Counted from the first letter of the stretch, positions 15,706 to 24,397 are shown. The stretch is 32,000 bases of DNA from Pseudomonas aeruginosa (GCF_001457615.1 NZ_LN831024.1:930001-962000), one strand, 5' to 3'. Numbers and translations are program-made. The notes: generated by a model not told the origin, from the letters alone.

Positions 15706-15719
15706 TTGACACAGCTCAA
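15706..15719. promoter_or_regulatory. Candidate Anr/Fnr box TTGACACAGCTCAA (TTGA-N6-TCAA) upstream of oprG
   Basis: The core matches TTGAT-N4-ATCAA at 8/10 positions. It is centred about 77 nt upstream of the oprG ATG. Anaerobic, Anr-dependent oprG expression is reported, as far as I recall. Confidence 0.45.
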
Positions 15720-15782
15720 TCAATCCTAGGAGCAAATGTGACCGCCGCAACGTAAATGGCGCGGCGGATTGTCGCATGTCGT

Positions 15783-16322
15783 TCAGCCACCTTCGTATTC
15801 GTAGGGCGTCACCTTGCTCGCCTGCATGCGGTAGCCGGCCGCCGCAAGCTCGCTGCTGGCGTTCTCCACCTTGAAGGTGCCCTCGACCCAGAATGGCTGA
15901 TACAACTCGTCCATCTGCACGCCCTTGGCGGTCTTCACGTAGACGATCTGGTTCGACGGCGGCGGCGGTACGTGGATGCAGGCGCCGTAGTAGGGGACCA
16001 GGAGGAACTCGGTGACCAGCCCGGCCTCGCTGATTTCCAGCGGCACGATGTAGCCCGGCAGCTTGGCCTCGATGCCGTCCAGTGCCTTCACCACCGGGGC
16101 GTTGGGGCTCTGCTGGCTGGCCGCCGGACCGGCTTCGCTGAGGGCGTTGGCGAGGTCGTGGATCGGCAGCGGCGCCGGGGCGGGCGGGGCGCCGGCCGGG
16201 ATCAGTTGCGACCAAGTCAGTTCGCGCGGCGCGGCGCGCGCCACGGCACTGCCCAGGAGCAGGGCGAAAGCCAGCAGGAGGACGGTCAGGGAGCGCAGCA
16301 TCGGGGAATATCTCCGGGTCAT
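15783..16322 (-). CDS. DUF3299-type secreted protein, last gene of the zinc-type ABC operon
   Basis: Signal peptide MLRSLTVLLLAFALLLGSAVARA, then LVPYYGACIHVPPPP. ATG 16322 overlaps the permease TGA (ATGA). Alternative start ATG 16301. Confidence 0.8.
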   Translation of the reverse strand: MTRRYSPMLRSLTVLLLAFALLLGSAVARAAPRELTWSQLIPAGAPPAPAPLPIHDLANALSEAGPAASQQSPNAPVVKALDGIEAKLPGYIVPLEISEAGLVTEFLLVPYYGACIHVPPPPSNQIVYVKTAKGVQMDELYQPFWVEGTFKVENASSELAAAGYRMQASKVTPYEYEGG

Positions 16323-17584
16323 AGGCGGATCGACAGGCCATCGGCCAGGGACTGGCGGTAGGCGCGCCAGGCCGGCACGCAGCCGATCAGCACGGCGGCC
16401 GCCAGGATAGCCCCGAGCAGGCTCCACTCATAGTCGCTCGGCCAGGCCAGCGGCAGGTAGATGCCGTAGTTGGCCTGGACGTAGCCCTGGCTGGCGGCGA
16501 TGCCGAGGTAGAGCAGGCCGAGGCCGAGGGCGACGCCGGCCAGCGCCAGGCTGAAGGCCTCGGCCAGCAGCAGGCCGAAGATGTGCCAGGGGCGCGCGCC
16601 CACCGAGCGCAGGATGGCCATCTCCCGGCGGCGCTCGTTGAGGCTGGTGAGGATCGCCGTGAGCATGCCGATCAGGCCGGTGAGGACGACGAACAGCGAG
16701 ACCACGAACAGTGCCTTCTCGGCGGTGCCCATCAGGCCCCACAGTTCCTGCAGGGCGACACCGGGGAGGATCGCCATCAGCGGTTCGCCGGGATAGTCGT
16801 TGACCTCGCGTTGCAGGGCGAAGGTCGCCACCTTGCTCTTCAGGCCGACCAGGAACGCGGTGATCGCCTGTGGTTGCAGGTCCATGTGCCGCGCCTGCTC
16901 GGCACTGACGCGCCCGGCGCCCATCGCCGGCACCCCGTTGCGCCAGTCGACGTGCAGCGCCTCCATGCCGGCGAGGGATATGTGCAGGGTGCGGTCCACC
17001 GGGGTACCGGTGCGCTGGAGGATGCCGACCACGGTGAACGGCTTGTCGTCGTGCTTGACCAGGCTCACCGTGCTCACCCCATGGGCCAGCACGATCTTCT
17101 CGCCGAGCCTGTAGTGCAGGGCTTCGGCCACCTCGGCGCCGAGCACCACGTCGAACAGGTCCTGGCCGAAGGCGCGGCCCTCGGCCAGTTGCAGTTCCTG
17201 GCCGCGGCCGTAGCGGTAGTGCTCGAAATAGCCGGCATCGGTACCCATTACCCGGTAGCCGCGGTGCGAGTCGCCGAGGGAGATCGGGATCGCCCACTTC
17301 ACCCGCGGGTTTTCGGCGAAGTGCCGGTAGCTGTCCCAGCGGATGTTGTTGGTCGCGTTGCCGATGCGGAATACCGAGTAGAGCAGCAGGTTCACCGAGC
17401 CGGAGCGCGCGCCGACGATCAGGTCGGTTCCGGAGATGGTACTGGCGAAGCTGGCCTTGGCCTCGGTGCGGACCCGCTCCACCGCCAGCAGCAGGCAGGC
17501 GGAGAGGGCGATGGCGAAGATCGTCAGCAGGGCGGTGAAGCGGCGGTTGGCCAGGCTGGCCAGTGCCAGTCGGAAGAGATACAT
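16319..17584 (-). CDS. ABC transporter permease, FtsX/MacB-like
   Basis: MYLFRLALASLANRRFTALLTIFAIALSACLLLAV, a large periplasmic domain and a C-terminal 3-TM FtsX region. 421 aa from ATG 17584. The upstream part of the 462-aa track ORF was rejected. Confidence 0.88.
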   Translation of the reverse strand: MYLFRLALASLANRRFTALLTIFAIALSACLLLAVERVRTEAKASFASTISGTDLIVGARSGSVNLLLYSVFRIGNATNNIRWDSYRHFAENPRVKWAIPISLGDSHRGYRVMGTDAGYFEHYRYGRGQELQLAEGRAFGQDLFDVVLGAEVAEALHYRLGEKIVLAHGVSTVSLVKHDDKPFTVVGILQRTGTPVDRTLHISLAGMEALHVDWRNGVPAMGAGRVSAEQARHMDLQPQAITAFLVGLKSKVATFALQREVNDYPGEPLMAILPGVALQELWGLMGTAEKALFVVSLFVVLTGLIGMLTAILTSLNERRREMAILRSVGARPWHIFGLLLAEAFSLALAGVALGLGLLYLGIAASQGYVQANYGIYLPLAWPSDYEWSLLGAILAAAVLIGCVPAWRAYRQSLADGLSIRL

Positions 17585-17586
17585 GC

Positions 17587-18291
17587 TCAGAGTCCTGCCG
17601 GCCGGGCGGCGCGGTTGAGATCGGAAAGGGACAGGCTGCGGTCGAACAGCCCGGCCAGGCTCTGGTCGTGGCTGACGAACAGCAGGCTGGCGCCGGCCTC
17701 GCGGCATTCGGCGAAGAGCAACTGGAGAAACGCCTCGCGGCTGTCGGCGTCGAGCGCCGAGGTCGGCTCGTCGGCGATCACCAGCTCCGGCTGGCCGATC
17801 AGCGCGCGGGCGGCGGCGACCCGCTGCTGCTGGCCGATGGACAGGCTGTCGGCGCGGCGTTCGTGCAGTTCGCCGCCGAGGCCGAGCTGGCCGAGCAGAT
17901 GGCTGGCGGCCTGCGCCGGGCTACCGTGGCGTTCGCGGGCGCGCTGACGGCGCAACGCGGAAAAGTGACAGGGCAGCTCGACGTTCTCGCGTACCGAGAG
18001 GAATGGCAGCAGGTTGAACTGCTGGAAGATGTAGCCGGTGTGGTCGACGCGGAAATGGTCGCGGCGCGCGGCGGACAGCTTTTCCAGGTCCTCGCCGAGC
18101 AGGCGGATGCTGCCGCGGCCGGGCTTCTGCACGCCGCCGAGGAGGCCGAGCAGGGTGGTCTTGCCGCTGCCGGAAGGCCCCTTGAGGAACAGGCTCTCGC
18201 CGCGTTCGAGATGGAAGCTGGGAATGTCCAGCAACTCCGCCTGGCCGGGCCAGGCGAAGCCGAGGTTGGTCAGGGTGATCAGTGCGCTCAT
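17587..18291 (-). CDS. ABC transporter ATP-binding protein (LolD/MacB-type)
   Basis: Walker A GPSGSGKTT, signature LSIGQQQRV, Walker B LVIADEPTSALD, H-loop VSHD. Confidence 0.93.
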   Translation of the reverse strand: MSALITLTNLGFAWPGQAELLDIPSFHLERGESLFLKGPSGSGKTTLLGLLGGVQKPGRGSIRLLGEDLEKLSAARRDHFRVDHTGYIFQQFNLLPFLSVRENVELPCHFSALRRQRARERHGSPAQAASHLLGQLGLGGELHERRADSLSIGQQQRVAAARALIGQPELVIADEPTSALDADSREAFLQLLFAECREAGASLLFVSHDQSLAGLFDRSLSLSDLNRAARPAGL

Positions 18292-18334
18292 GGGGGTAGG
18301 GGCGGAACGCTCCGCCGGAGCCTCGAGAATGGAT

Positions 18335-18370
18335 GGAGGGGCGCCGCGCCGAATCCCTCGCGGCGCCTCC
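18335..18370 (-). other. GC-rich intercistronic stem-loop between the His-rich protein gene and the ABC ATPase gene
   Basis: GGAGGG-GCGCCGCG-(10 nt loop)-CGCGGCGC-CTCC, read from the sequence. The function (mRNA processing/stability or attenuation) is inferred. Confidence 0.3.
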
Positions 18371-18379
18371 GGAACGATC

Positions 18380-18958
18380 CTACAGCTTCAGCTCGGCGCT
18401 GGCCGGAGCCAGGTCGGCGCCTTTCTGGCCGTCGGGACCGATCAGTTGTACCTGAATTTTCTGGGTGGCGGGGAAGCGCTTGAAGAACTCGGCGAGGGTC
18501 AGCAGCTTGAGCAGCTCGGGCTTCTCGCAACTGAGCTGGTAATGGGCGTGGATATCGGCATGACCGTGTTCGTGTTCGTGTTCGTGGCCTGCCTTCTCCT
18601 TGTGCGCGTGGGCCGGCGCCTTGTCGCCGAACAGCGGACTCCGCAGTTCCTGGCTGGCCACCGAGCAGCCGGCGGTGACCGGCAGGGCGAACAGCTCCAG
18701 CGGTTTTTCCAGCTGCGCGCGGGCCTTGGCCACGGCGGCCTTGTCCGCGTCGGTGCTGGCGGCGTGTTCGAAACCGACCAGGTTCATCGCCGGGCTGTCC
18801 AGCTCCAGTTCGAGGGTCTTGCCGTCCAGCGCCACGTTCAACTGGGCGACGCCGTGCTCGTGCTTGCCCAGGCTGCCATGGGCGTGGTCATGGTCGTGGT
18901 CGTCATGGGCCTGGGCGGCGAACGGCAGCAAGACGAGGGCTAACAGCAGTGGGCGCAT
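18380..18958 (-). CDS. Periplasmic histidine-rich metal (zinc)-binding protein (DUF2796-like; matches PA4063 of PAO1 from memory)
   Basis: Signal peptide MRPLLLALVLLPFAAQA. His-rich tracts HDDHDHDHAHGSLGKHEHG and HAHKEKAGHEHEHEHGHADIHAH. GGAG lies 8 nt upstream of the ATG. Confidence 0.88.
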   Translation of the reverse strand: MRPLLLALVLLPFAAQAHDDHDHDHAHGSLGKHEHGVAQLNVALDGKTLELELDSPAMNLVGFEHAASTDADKAAVAKARAQLEKPLELFALPVTAGCSVASQELRSPLFGDKAPAHAHKEKAGHEHEHEHGHADIHAHYQLSCEKPELLKLLTLAEFFKRFPATQKIQVQLIGPDGQKGADLAPASAELKL

Positions 18959-18990
18959 GAACGGGACTCCGGCAAGGAAGGAAAAGAGCT

Positions 18991-19007
18991 TGTTACGTTA
19001 TAACGAA
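18991..19007. promoter_or_regulatory. Candidate Zur box TGTTACGTTATAACGAA (core 10-bp palindrome CGTTATAACG, 18996-19005)
   Basis: Resembles the gammaproteobacterial Zur consensus TGTTATAnTATAACA at about 11/16 positions, by eye. It lies 33-49 nt upstream of the His-rich protein ATG, in a divergent intergenic region. Confidence 0.5.
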
Positions 19008-19090
19008 TTTTTCCGCCTGCCTAGCCTGGCCGATTTGGCCCCTACGCGCCGACGTGGGAGCATGGCGCGATTCGCTTGTGGAGAAACGAG

Positions 19091-19447
19091 ATGGTGCGGA
19101 TTCGCGGAAGCATCGGCGACTGGCCGGTGGACCTGACCCTGGAACTGGACGCCGAGGATTGGCGCCAGCTGGCGCAACACGTGCCCCCGCCGCCGCTGGG
19201 CGAGCCGCAGGCCGCGGCGGCCAGGGCGCCGGCGCCGGCAGCGCCGGTGGATCGCCTGTGGCAGACCGCCCAGGACCTGCTGCGCGGCAGCGGGCGGATC
19301 GAGGGGCCGCAGTTGCTGGCGGAGTTGGAGGGGTTCAGCGGCAATGCCGGCGCCGCCAAGCAACTGCTGGTGCGCCTGCGGCACGACGCCCGGGTCAAGG
19401 TCGAGGTGGTCGACGGCACCCAGGTGTTCGTCTGGCTGGAGGACTGA
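19091..19447 (+). CDS. Hypothetical protein (118 aa) with a central Pro/Ala-rich linker
   Basis: ATG 19091 with GGAGA 6 nt upstream (the track start at 19076 is TTG). GC3-rich codons. No recognisable motif. Confidence 0.6.
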   Translation: MVRIRGSIGDWPVDLTLELDAEDWRQLAQHVPPPPLGEPQAAAARAPAPAAPVDRLWQTAQDLLRGSGRIEGPQLLAELEGFSGNAGAAKQLLVRLRHDARVKVEVVDGTQVFVWLED

Positions 19448-19465
19448 GCCCCGCGGACGGGGCTC
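19446..19465. terminator. GC-rich hairpin GAGCCCCG-CGGA-CGGGGCTC between convergent genes
   Basis: Perfect 8-bp stem. There is no U-tract on either strand, so terminator function is uncertain. Confidence 0.35.
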
Positions 19466-19471
19466 GGCGAC

Positions 19472-20341
19472 TCAGTAGAGCGCCTGGTACAGCTTGCGGC
19501 GGTAGGCGGTGACCAGCGGGTGGTCGTTGCCAAGCAGGTCGAAGACCTGCACCAGGGTCTTGCGCGGCAGGTCGTCCTGGTAGCCGCGGTTGCGCAGGAA
19601 CAGCTTGAGCAGTCCGTCCAGGGCCGCCTCGTACTGCTGCCGGGCGAGCTGCTGGACGGCCAACTGGTAGGCTGCCTCGTCGTCGCCGGCATCGGCCGCC
19701 AGGCGGCTCTTCAGCTCTGCGCTGTCGGGCAGGTCGGCAGCCTGGCGCAGGAAGGTCAGCTGCGCGCGGGCGCCGGCCAGGGCCTGCTTGTGCTCGTCGC
19801 TCTTCACCGCGTCGAGGATGGCCTGCGCCTCTTCCAGTTCGCCGCGCTCGGCCAGGCAGCGGGCGTAGAGGATCAGCGCCGCGGCGTTCTCGTTGTTCTC
19901 CGCCAGCAGGGCTTTCAGGGTCGCTTCGGCGTCGCCGATGCGGCCTTCGGCGAACAGCGCCTGGGCCACTTCCAGCGGGTCTTCGTCGGGCAGCGCCGGT
20001 GCTTTCACATGGGGTTCGAGCAGGGCGCGGATCTGCGATTCGGGCTGGGCGCCGGCGAAACCGTCGACCGGCTGGCCATCCTTGAACAGGACCACGGTCG
20101 GCAGGCTGCGGATGCCGAAGCGCATCACGATGTCCTGCTCGACGTCGCAGTTGACCTTGGCCAGCAGCAATTCGCCCTGGTAGGACTCGGCGATCTGCGC
20201 CAGCAGTGGCATCAGCGCCTTGCACGGGGCGCACCAGTCGGCCCAGAAGTCCACCAGGACCGGCTTGTGGAACGAGTTCTCGATGACCAGCTGCTCGAAG
20301 TTGGCGCCGGTGACGTCGAAGATGTAGGGCGTATCGCTCAT
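19472..20341 (-). CDS. Thioredoxin-domain plus TPR-repeat protein (YbbN/CnoX-like)
   Basis: N-terminal thioredoxin fold with an intact WCAPC motif (VDFWADWCAPCKALMP). The C-terminus is TPR-like and helical. 289 aa. Confidence 0.9.
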   Translation of the reverse strand: MSDTPYIFDVTGANFEQLVIENSFHKPVLVDFWADWCAPCKALMPLLAQIAESYQGELLLAKVNCDVEQDIVMRFGIRSLPTVVLFKDGQPVDGFAGAQPESQIRALLEPHVKAPALPDEDPLEVAQALFAEGRIGDAEATLKALLAENNENAAALILYARCLAERGELEEAQAILDAVKSDEHKQALAGARAQLTFLRQAADLPDSAELKSRLAADAGDDEAAYQLAVQQLARQQYEAALDGLLKLFLRNRGYQDDLPRKTLVQVFDLLGNDHPLVTAYRRKLYQALY

Positions 20342-20412
20342 GTCGATTCTCGGAAACGCAAGGTGGTGACCACTATAAGTGGGGGCGCGCCGCGCGCAAA
20401 CAAGCCCGTGCC

Positions 20413-21075
20413 TCAGGCTTGCCCGCGTTCGGCGTGATACAGGCTGACCAGGCGGAATTCGGCGGGCTCGGCGAGGTCCGGCCAGGTACAGGCTTCGAGC
20501 ACGTCCAGGCGCCGGTACAGCGGATGACGGAAGTCACGGACCCGCGAGTCGGCGACCAGCGCCTGGCGGCCGCGGCTGAGGAACTGGTCGAGCAGCGGCA
20601 GGTTGGCGCGGTCGTAGAGCACGTCGGCCACCAGGATCAGGTCGAAGCGATCGTCCTCGGCGAAGAAGTCCGCCGAATAGCTCAGCTCCACTCCGTTCAG
20701 TTCGGCGTTCGCCCGGCTCGCTGCCAGCGCCAGGGGATCCAGGTCGCAAGCCACCACCTCGGCGGCGCCGGCGCGGGCCGCGGCGATCGCCGCCACCCCG
20801 GAGCCGCTGCCGAAGTCCAGCACGCGCTTGTCGCGGACCCACTGCGGGCGCGCCGCCAGCCAGCGCGCCAGGACCAGCCCGCTGGCCCAGCAGAAGCACC
20901 AGTACGGCGGCTCTTCGAGGATGCGGCGGGTTTCCTCCGGGCTGAACTGGCGGTCCATGTTCTGCGCGTCGATCAGCCACAGGCGCAGGTCGGTGCCGGG
21001 CAGCGCGGTGGCGCTGAGCCGGGCGTCGCCGAGCAGCTCGCCCAGCGCCTGGGTCAGGGCTTGCGGTGCCGTCAC
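20413..21075 (-). CDS. Class I SAM-dependent methyltransferase (PrmA / protein-lysine methyltransferase-like)
   Basis: [30 protein letters not shown] is SAM motif I/II. The GTG start at 21073-21075 overlaps the TGA of the upstream lipoprotein gene (GTGA). The upstream part of the 399-aa track ORF was rejected. Confidence 0.8.
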   Translation of the reverse strand: MTAPQALTQALGELLGDARLSATALPGTDLRLWLIDAQNMDRQFSPEETRRILEEPPYWCFCWASGLVLARWLAARPQWVRDKRVLDFGSGSGVAAIAAARAGAAEVVACDLDPLALAASRANAELNGVELSYSADFFAEDDRFDLILVADVLYDRANLPLLDQFLSRGRQALVADSRVRDFRHPLYRRLDVLEACTWPDLAEPAEFRLVSLYHAERGQA

Positions 21076-21542
21076 GGCGCGCGTACCAGGCGCAGTTCGC
21101 CGAGGGACTGGGTGGTCGGCTGGGCGATCCGCAACGGATGCAGGCGCCAGGCCAACTGGCCGGACTGGATCACCCGCGCGTGCAGTTCGACGCGCAGCGC
21201 GCCACCGGCCGGCGGGAAGGATTCGGGGTTGAACGGCAGGCGGAAGGGCATGAGTTCGCCGGTGGCCAGCACCGTCTCGCTGGCCAGCAGCCGCTGTGGA
21301 CGGTCGCGCTCGTCGATCACCAGCAGTGCCATCTGCACCTCGCTGCCGCGTGGCAGGCTGCCCTGGATGCTGCTCAGCGTTCCGCTCAGCTCGCGCAGGT
21401 GGGCCGGTAGCACCGGCTCGACCATGGTCACGCTGCGCGAAGCTTGCGGCGTTGGCGCAGGCTTCGGCTTGTCGCTGGAACAAGCGGCGAGGAGAAGGAC
21501 GGCCAGCAGGGCGATCGGGCGCAGGGTCATGGGCTGCTCCAT
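21072..21542 (-). CDS. Putative lipoprotein
   Basis: Signal peptide with lipobox LLLAAC|SS ([24 protein letters not shown]). 156 aa (alternative start at 21530). Confidence 0.75.
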   Translation of the reverse strand: MEQPMTLRPIALLAVLLLAACSSDKPKPAPTPQASRSVTMVEPVLPAHLRELSGTLSSIQGSLPRGSEVQMALLVIDERDRPQRLLASETVLATGELMPFRLPFNPESFPPAGGALRVELHARVIQSGQLAWRLHPLRIAQPTTQSLGELRLVRAP

Positions 21543-21727
21543 AGCGGTGGAATCCGGGCGGCGCTTGTATAGCGCAAAGTGTGATTCTTGTCGCGCTTCG
21601 CGTAGTCCGCAACGTCCGATTCCTCTCGCCTTTCCCAGCGTGCCGGCGCCGGTCGATTCTGCGGGTGCTCGGTCGGGCGCGGATGCGCTACCATGCGGCT
21701 TCCTTCAGCTACGCCTGTATCAGCACC

Positions 21728-22192
21728 ATGCATTGTCCCTTCTGCGGTGCCCATGACACCAAAGTGATTGACTCGCGACTGGTCGCCGAGGGCGATCAGG
21801 TGCGCCGGCGCCGCGAGTGCCTGGCCTGCGGCGAACGCTTCACCACCTTCGAGACCGCCGAGCTGGTCATGCCGCGCCTGATCAAGCAGGACGGCAGCCG
21901 CCAGCCGTTCGACGAGGACAAGCTGCGCGCCGGCATGCAGCGCGCCCTGGAGAAGCGTCCGGTCAGCGTCGAGCGGCTGGAAGCGGCCATCGGCCACATC
22001 AAGCACCAGTTGCGCGCCACCGGCGAGCGCGAGATCAAGTCGCGGGTGCTGGGCGAACTGGTGATGGCCGAGCTGCAGAAGCTCGACGAAGTCGCCTACA
22101 TCCGTTTCGCCTCGGTCTACCGGCGCTTCCAGGACCTCAACGAATTCCGCGAGGAGATCGAACGCCTCGCCCGCGAGCCGGCCAAGGAATGA
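21728..22192 (+). CDS. nrdR: Transcriptional repressor NrdR (zinc ribbon + ATP-cone)
   Basis: [19 protein letters not shown]...[17 protein letters not shown]. 154 aa. Its stop overlaps the ribD ATG (ATGA). Confidence 0.95.
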   Translation: MHCPFCGAHDTKVIDSRLVAEGDQVRRRRECLACGERFTTFETAELVMPRLIKQDGSRQPFDEDKLRAGMQRALEKRPVSVERLEAAIGHIKHQLRATGEREIKSRVLGELVMAELQKLDEVAYIRFASVYRRFQDLNEFREEIERLAREPAKE

Positions 22193-23310
22193 ACGCCGCC
22201 GACCCGCTGTACATGGCCCGCGCCCTGGAACTGGCGCGCCAGGGGCTGTACTCCACCCATCCGAATCCGCGTGTCGGCTGCGTGCTGGTCAAGGACGGCC
22301 AGGTGGTCGGCGAGGGCTGGCACGTCCGCGCCGGCGAGCCGCACGCCGAGGTCCATGCCCTGCGCCAGGCCGGCGAGAATGCACGCGGCGCCACCGCCTA
22401 CGTGACCCTCGAGCCCTGCAGCCACTTCGGCCGCACCCCGCCGTGCGCCGATGCGCTGGTGGGCGCCGGGGTGGCGCGGGTGGTCGCGGCGATGCAGGAT
22501 CCCAACCCCGAGGTCGCCGGTCGCGGCCTGCTGCGTCTGATGCAGGCCGGCATCGCGGTGCAGAGCGGCGTCCTCGAAGCCGAGGCGCGGGAACTCAACA
22601 TCGGTTTCATCAAGCGCATGGAACATGGCCTGCCGTTCGTCCGGGTCAAGCTGGCGATGAGCCTGGACGGGCGCACCGCCATGGCCAGCGGGGAAAGCCA
22701 GTGGATCACCGGGCCCTCCGCGCGTTCGGCGGTGCAGCGCTTGCGCGCTCGCTCCAGCGTGGTGTTGTCCGGCGCCGATACGCTGCTGGCGGACGATGCG
22801 CGGCTCAACGTACGCCCCGACGAACTGGGCCTGAACGCCGAGCTTACCGCGCTCGCCGCGGCTCGCCAGCCGTTGCGGGTGCTGGTCGACGGGCGCCTGC
22901 GGGTGCCGCTGGAGTCGGCGTTCTACCAGGCCGGTCCGGCGCTGGTGGCGACCTGCGCCGCCGCCTCGGCGCGCGAACGCTTCCAGGACGCCGGCCACGA
23001 ACTGCTGGCGCTGCCCTCCGCCGAGGGCCACGTCGATTTGCACAAGCTGCTCCTGGAACTGGCGGCGCGCGGCGCCAACGAAGTGCTGGTGGAGGCCGGC
23101 CCGCGTCTGGCCGGCGCCTTCGCCCGGCTGGGGCTGGTGGATGAGTACCGGCTGTTCGTCGCGCCGAAGTTCCTCGGCTCCAGCGCCCGTCCTTTGCTCG
23201 ACTGGCCGCTGGCGCGGATGGCCGATGCGGCGCAGTTGCGGATCGACGACATCCGCGCGGTGGGCGACGACTGGCTGGTCACCGCGCGGCCCCATCCGCG
23301 GGACGCCTGA
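22189..23310 (+). CDS. ribD: Bifunctional diaminohydroxyphosphoribosylaminopyrimidine deaminase / 5-amino-6-(5-phosphoribosylamino)uracil reductase
   Basis: Deaminase motif HAEVHAL...[15 protein letters not shown], with a C-terminal reductase domain. 373 aa. Confidence 0.95.
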   Translation: MNAADPLYMARALELARQGLYSTHPNPRVGCVLVKDGQVVGEGWHVRAGEPHAEVHALRQAGENARGATAYVTLEPCSHFGRTPPCADALVGAGVARVVAAMQDPNPEVAGRGLLRLMQAGIAVQSGVLEAEARELNIGFIKRMEHGLPFVRVKLAMSLDGRTAMASGESQWITGPSARSAVQRLRARSSVVLSGADTLLADDARLNVRPDELGLNAELTALAAARQPLRVLVDGRLRVPLESAFYQAGPALVATCAAASARERFQDAGHELLALPSAEGHVDLHKLLLELAARGANEVLVEAGPRLAGAFARLGLVDEYRLFVAPKFLGSSARPLLDWPLARMADAAQLRIDDIRAVGDDWLVTARPHPRDA

Positions 23311-23394
23311 ACTTCGCTGCGCGGCGACGCGGCGGACGATGCACAAGCGGCGCAACTGTGGTAAAACGCCACACGGCCATCTCGGTGGCCGTAA

Positions 23395-23551
23395 CGTTCT
23401 CAGGGCGGGGTGAAAGTCCCCACCGGCGGTAATGGCGCGCAAGGCGCCTAGCCCGCGAGCGCTTGCCGGACCGGCCACCGCCGGACGACAAGGTCAGCAG
23501 ACCCGGTGCGATTCCGGGGCCGACGGTCATAGTCCGGATAAAGAGAGAACG
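23395..23551 (+). promoter_or_regulatory. FMN riboswitch (RFN element) aptamer
   Basis: P1 strands CGTTCTC (23395-23401) and GAGAACG (23545-23551). Conserved cores: CAGGGCGGGGTGAAAGTCCCCACCGGCGGTAA, AGCCCGCGAGCG, GGTCAGCAGACCCGGTG and CCGACGGTCATAGTCCGGATAAAGAGAG. Confidence 0.92.
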
Positions 23552-23737
23552 GGATTGCCTGCCTGGGCGTACCCTGTGCGCCCGCAAGATCCCCTTCGAT
23601 CCAAAAAGCCCTGTTTTTCACGAAACAGGAGTTCGTCATATGTCTTCATCTTGGAATACCCGCGCTATGGCACGCAGGCCGCTCGGCGTCGCGCCGGCCA
23701 TGCTGTGCGCCTGTGCGGCGGAAAAACGGGAGGTCGC

Positions 23738-24397
23738 ATGTTCACCGGCATAATCGAGTCGATCGGCAGCGTCCGCGCAATGACGCCCAAGGGCGGCGAC
23801 CTGCGGGTCTACATCGCCACCGGCAAGCTCGACCTGGGCGACGTCAAGCTCGGCGACAGCATCGCGGTCAACGGCGTCTGCCTGACCGCGGTGGAACTGC
23901 CCGGCGATGGCTTCTGGGCCGACGTCAGCCGCGAGAGCCTGGCGCGCACCGCCTTCCAGCACCTGAAGGTGGGCAGCCGGGTGAACCTGGAAAAGGCCCT
24001 GACGCCGACCACCCGCCTCGGCGGACACCTGGTGAGCGGCCACGTCGACGGCGTCGGCGAGGTGCTCAAGCGCGAGGAGAACGCCCGCGCCATCCAGTTC
24101 ACCGTGCGTGCCCCGCGCGAACTGGCCAGGTACATCGCGCACAAGGGCTCGATCACCGTCGACGGCACCAGCCTCACGGTGAACGCGGTGAACGGCGCGG
24201 AGTTCGAGCTGACCATCGTCCCGCATACGCTCAGCGAAACCATCATGGCCGAGTACCAGCCCGGACGCCGGGTCAACCTCGAGGTCGACCTGCTGGCCCG
24301 TTACCTGGAGCGCCTGCTGCTTGGCGACAAGGCCGCCGAGCCCAGCGCCTCCGGCATCAGCGAAGCGTTTCTCGCCGAGAACGGTTTTCTCAAGTAA
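23738..24397 (+). CDS. ribE: Riboflavin synthase alpha chain (called ribC in older PAO1 nomenclature)
   Basis: MFTGIIESIGSV... with the internal duplicated lumazine-binding repeat (GDSIAVNGVCLT / GSITVDGTSLT). GGGAGG at 23728-23733. 219 aa. Confidence 0.95.
   Translation: MFTGIIESIGSVRAMTPKGGDLRVYIATGKLDLGDVKLGDSIAVNGVCLTAVELPGDGFWADVSRESLARTAFQHLKVGSRVNLEKALTPTTRLGGHLVSGHVDGVGEVLKREENARAIQFTVRAPRELARYIAHKGSITVDGTSLTVNAVNGAEFELTIVPHTLSETIMAEYQPGRRVNLEVDLLARYLERLLLGDKAAEPSASGISEAFLAENGFLK

Noticed and set aside
19042-19692. 216-aa minus-strand ORF overlapping the small hypothetical gene and the thioredoxin-TPR gene
   Set aside because: It is out of frame with the clearly supported thioredoxin gene and antisense to 19091-19447. 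Its composition is Ser/Thr/Arg/Pro-rich and artefact-like.
23610-23629. The hairpin CCTGTTT-TTCACG-AAACAGG read as an intrinsic transcription terminator of the FMN riboswitch
   Set aside because: On the plus strand it is preceded by an A-tract and is not followed by a U-tract. The T-run exists only on the minus strand, where there is no gene to terminate. SD sequestration is the better reading (see findings).
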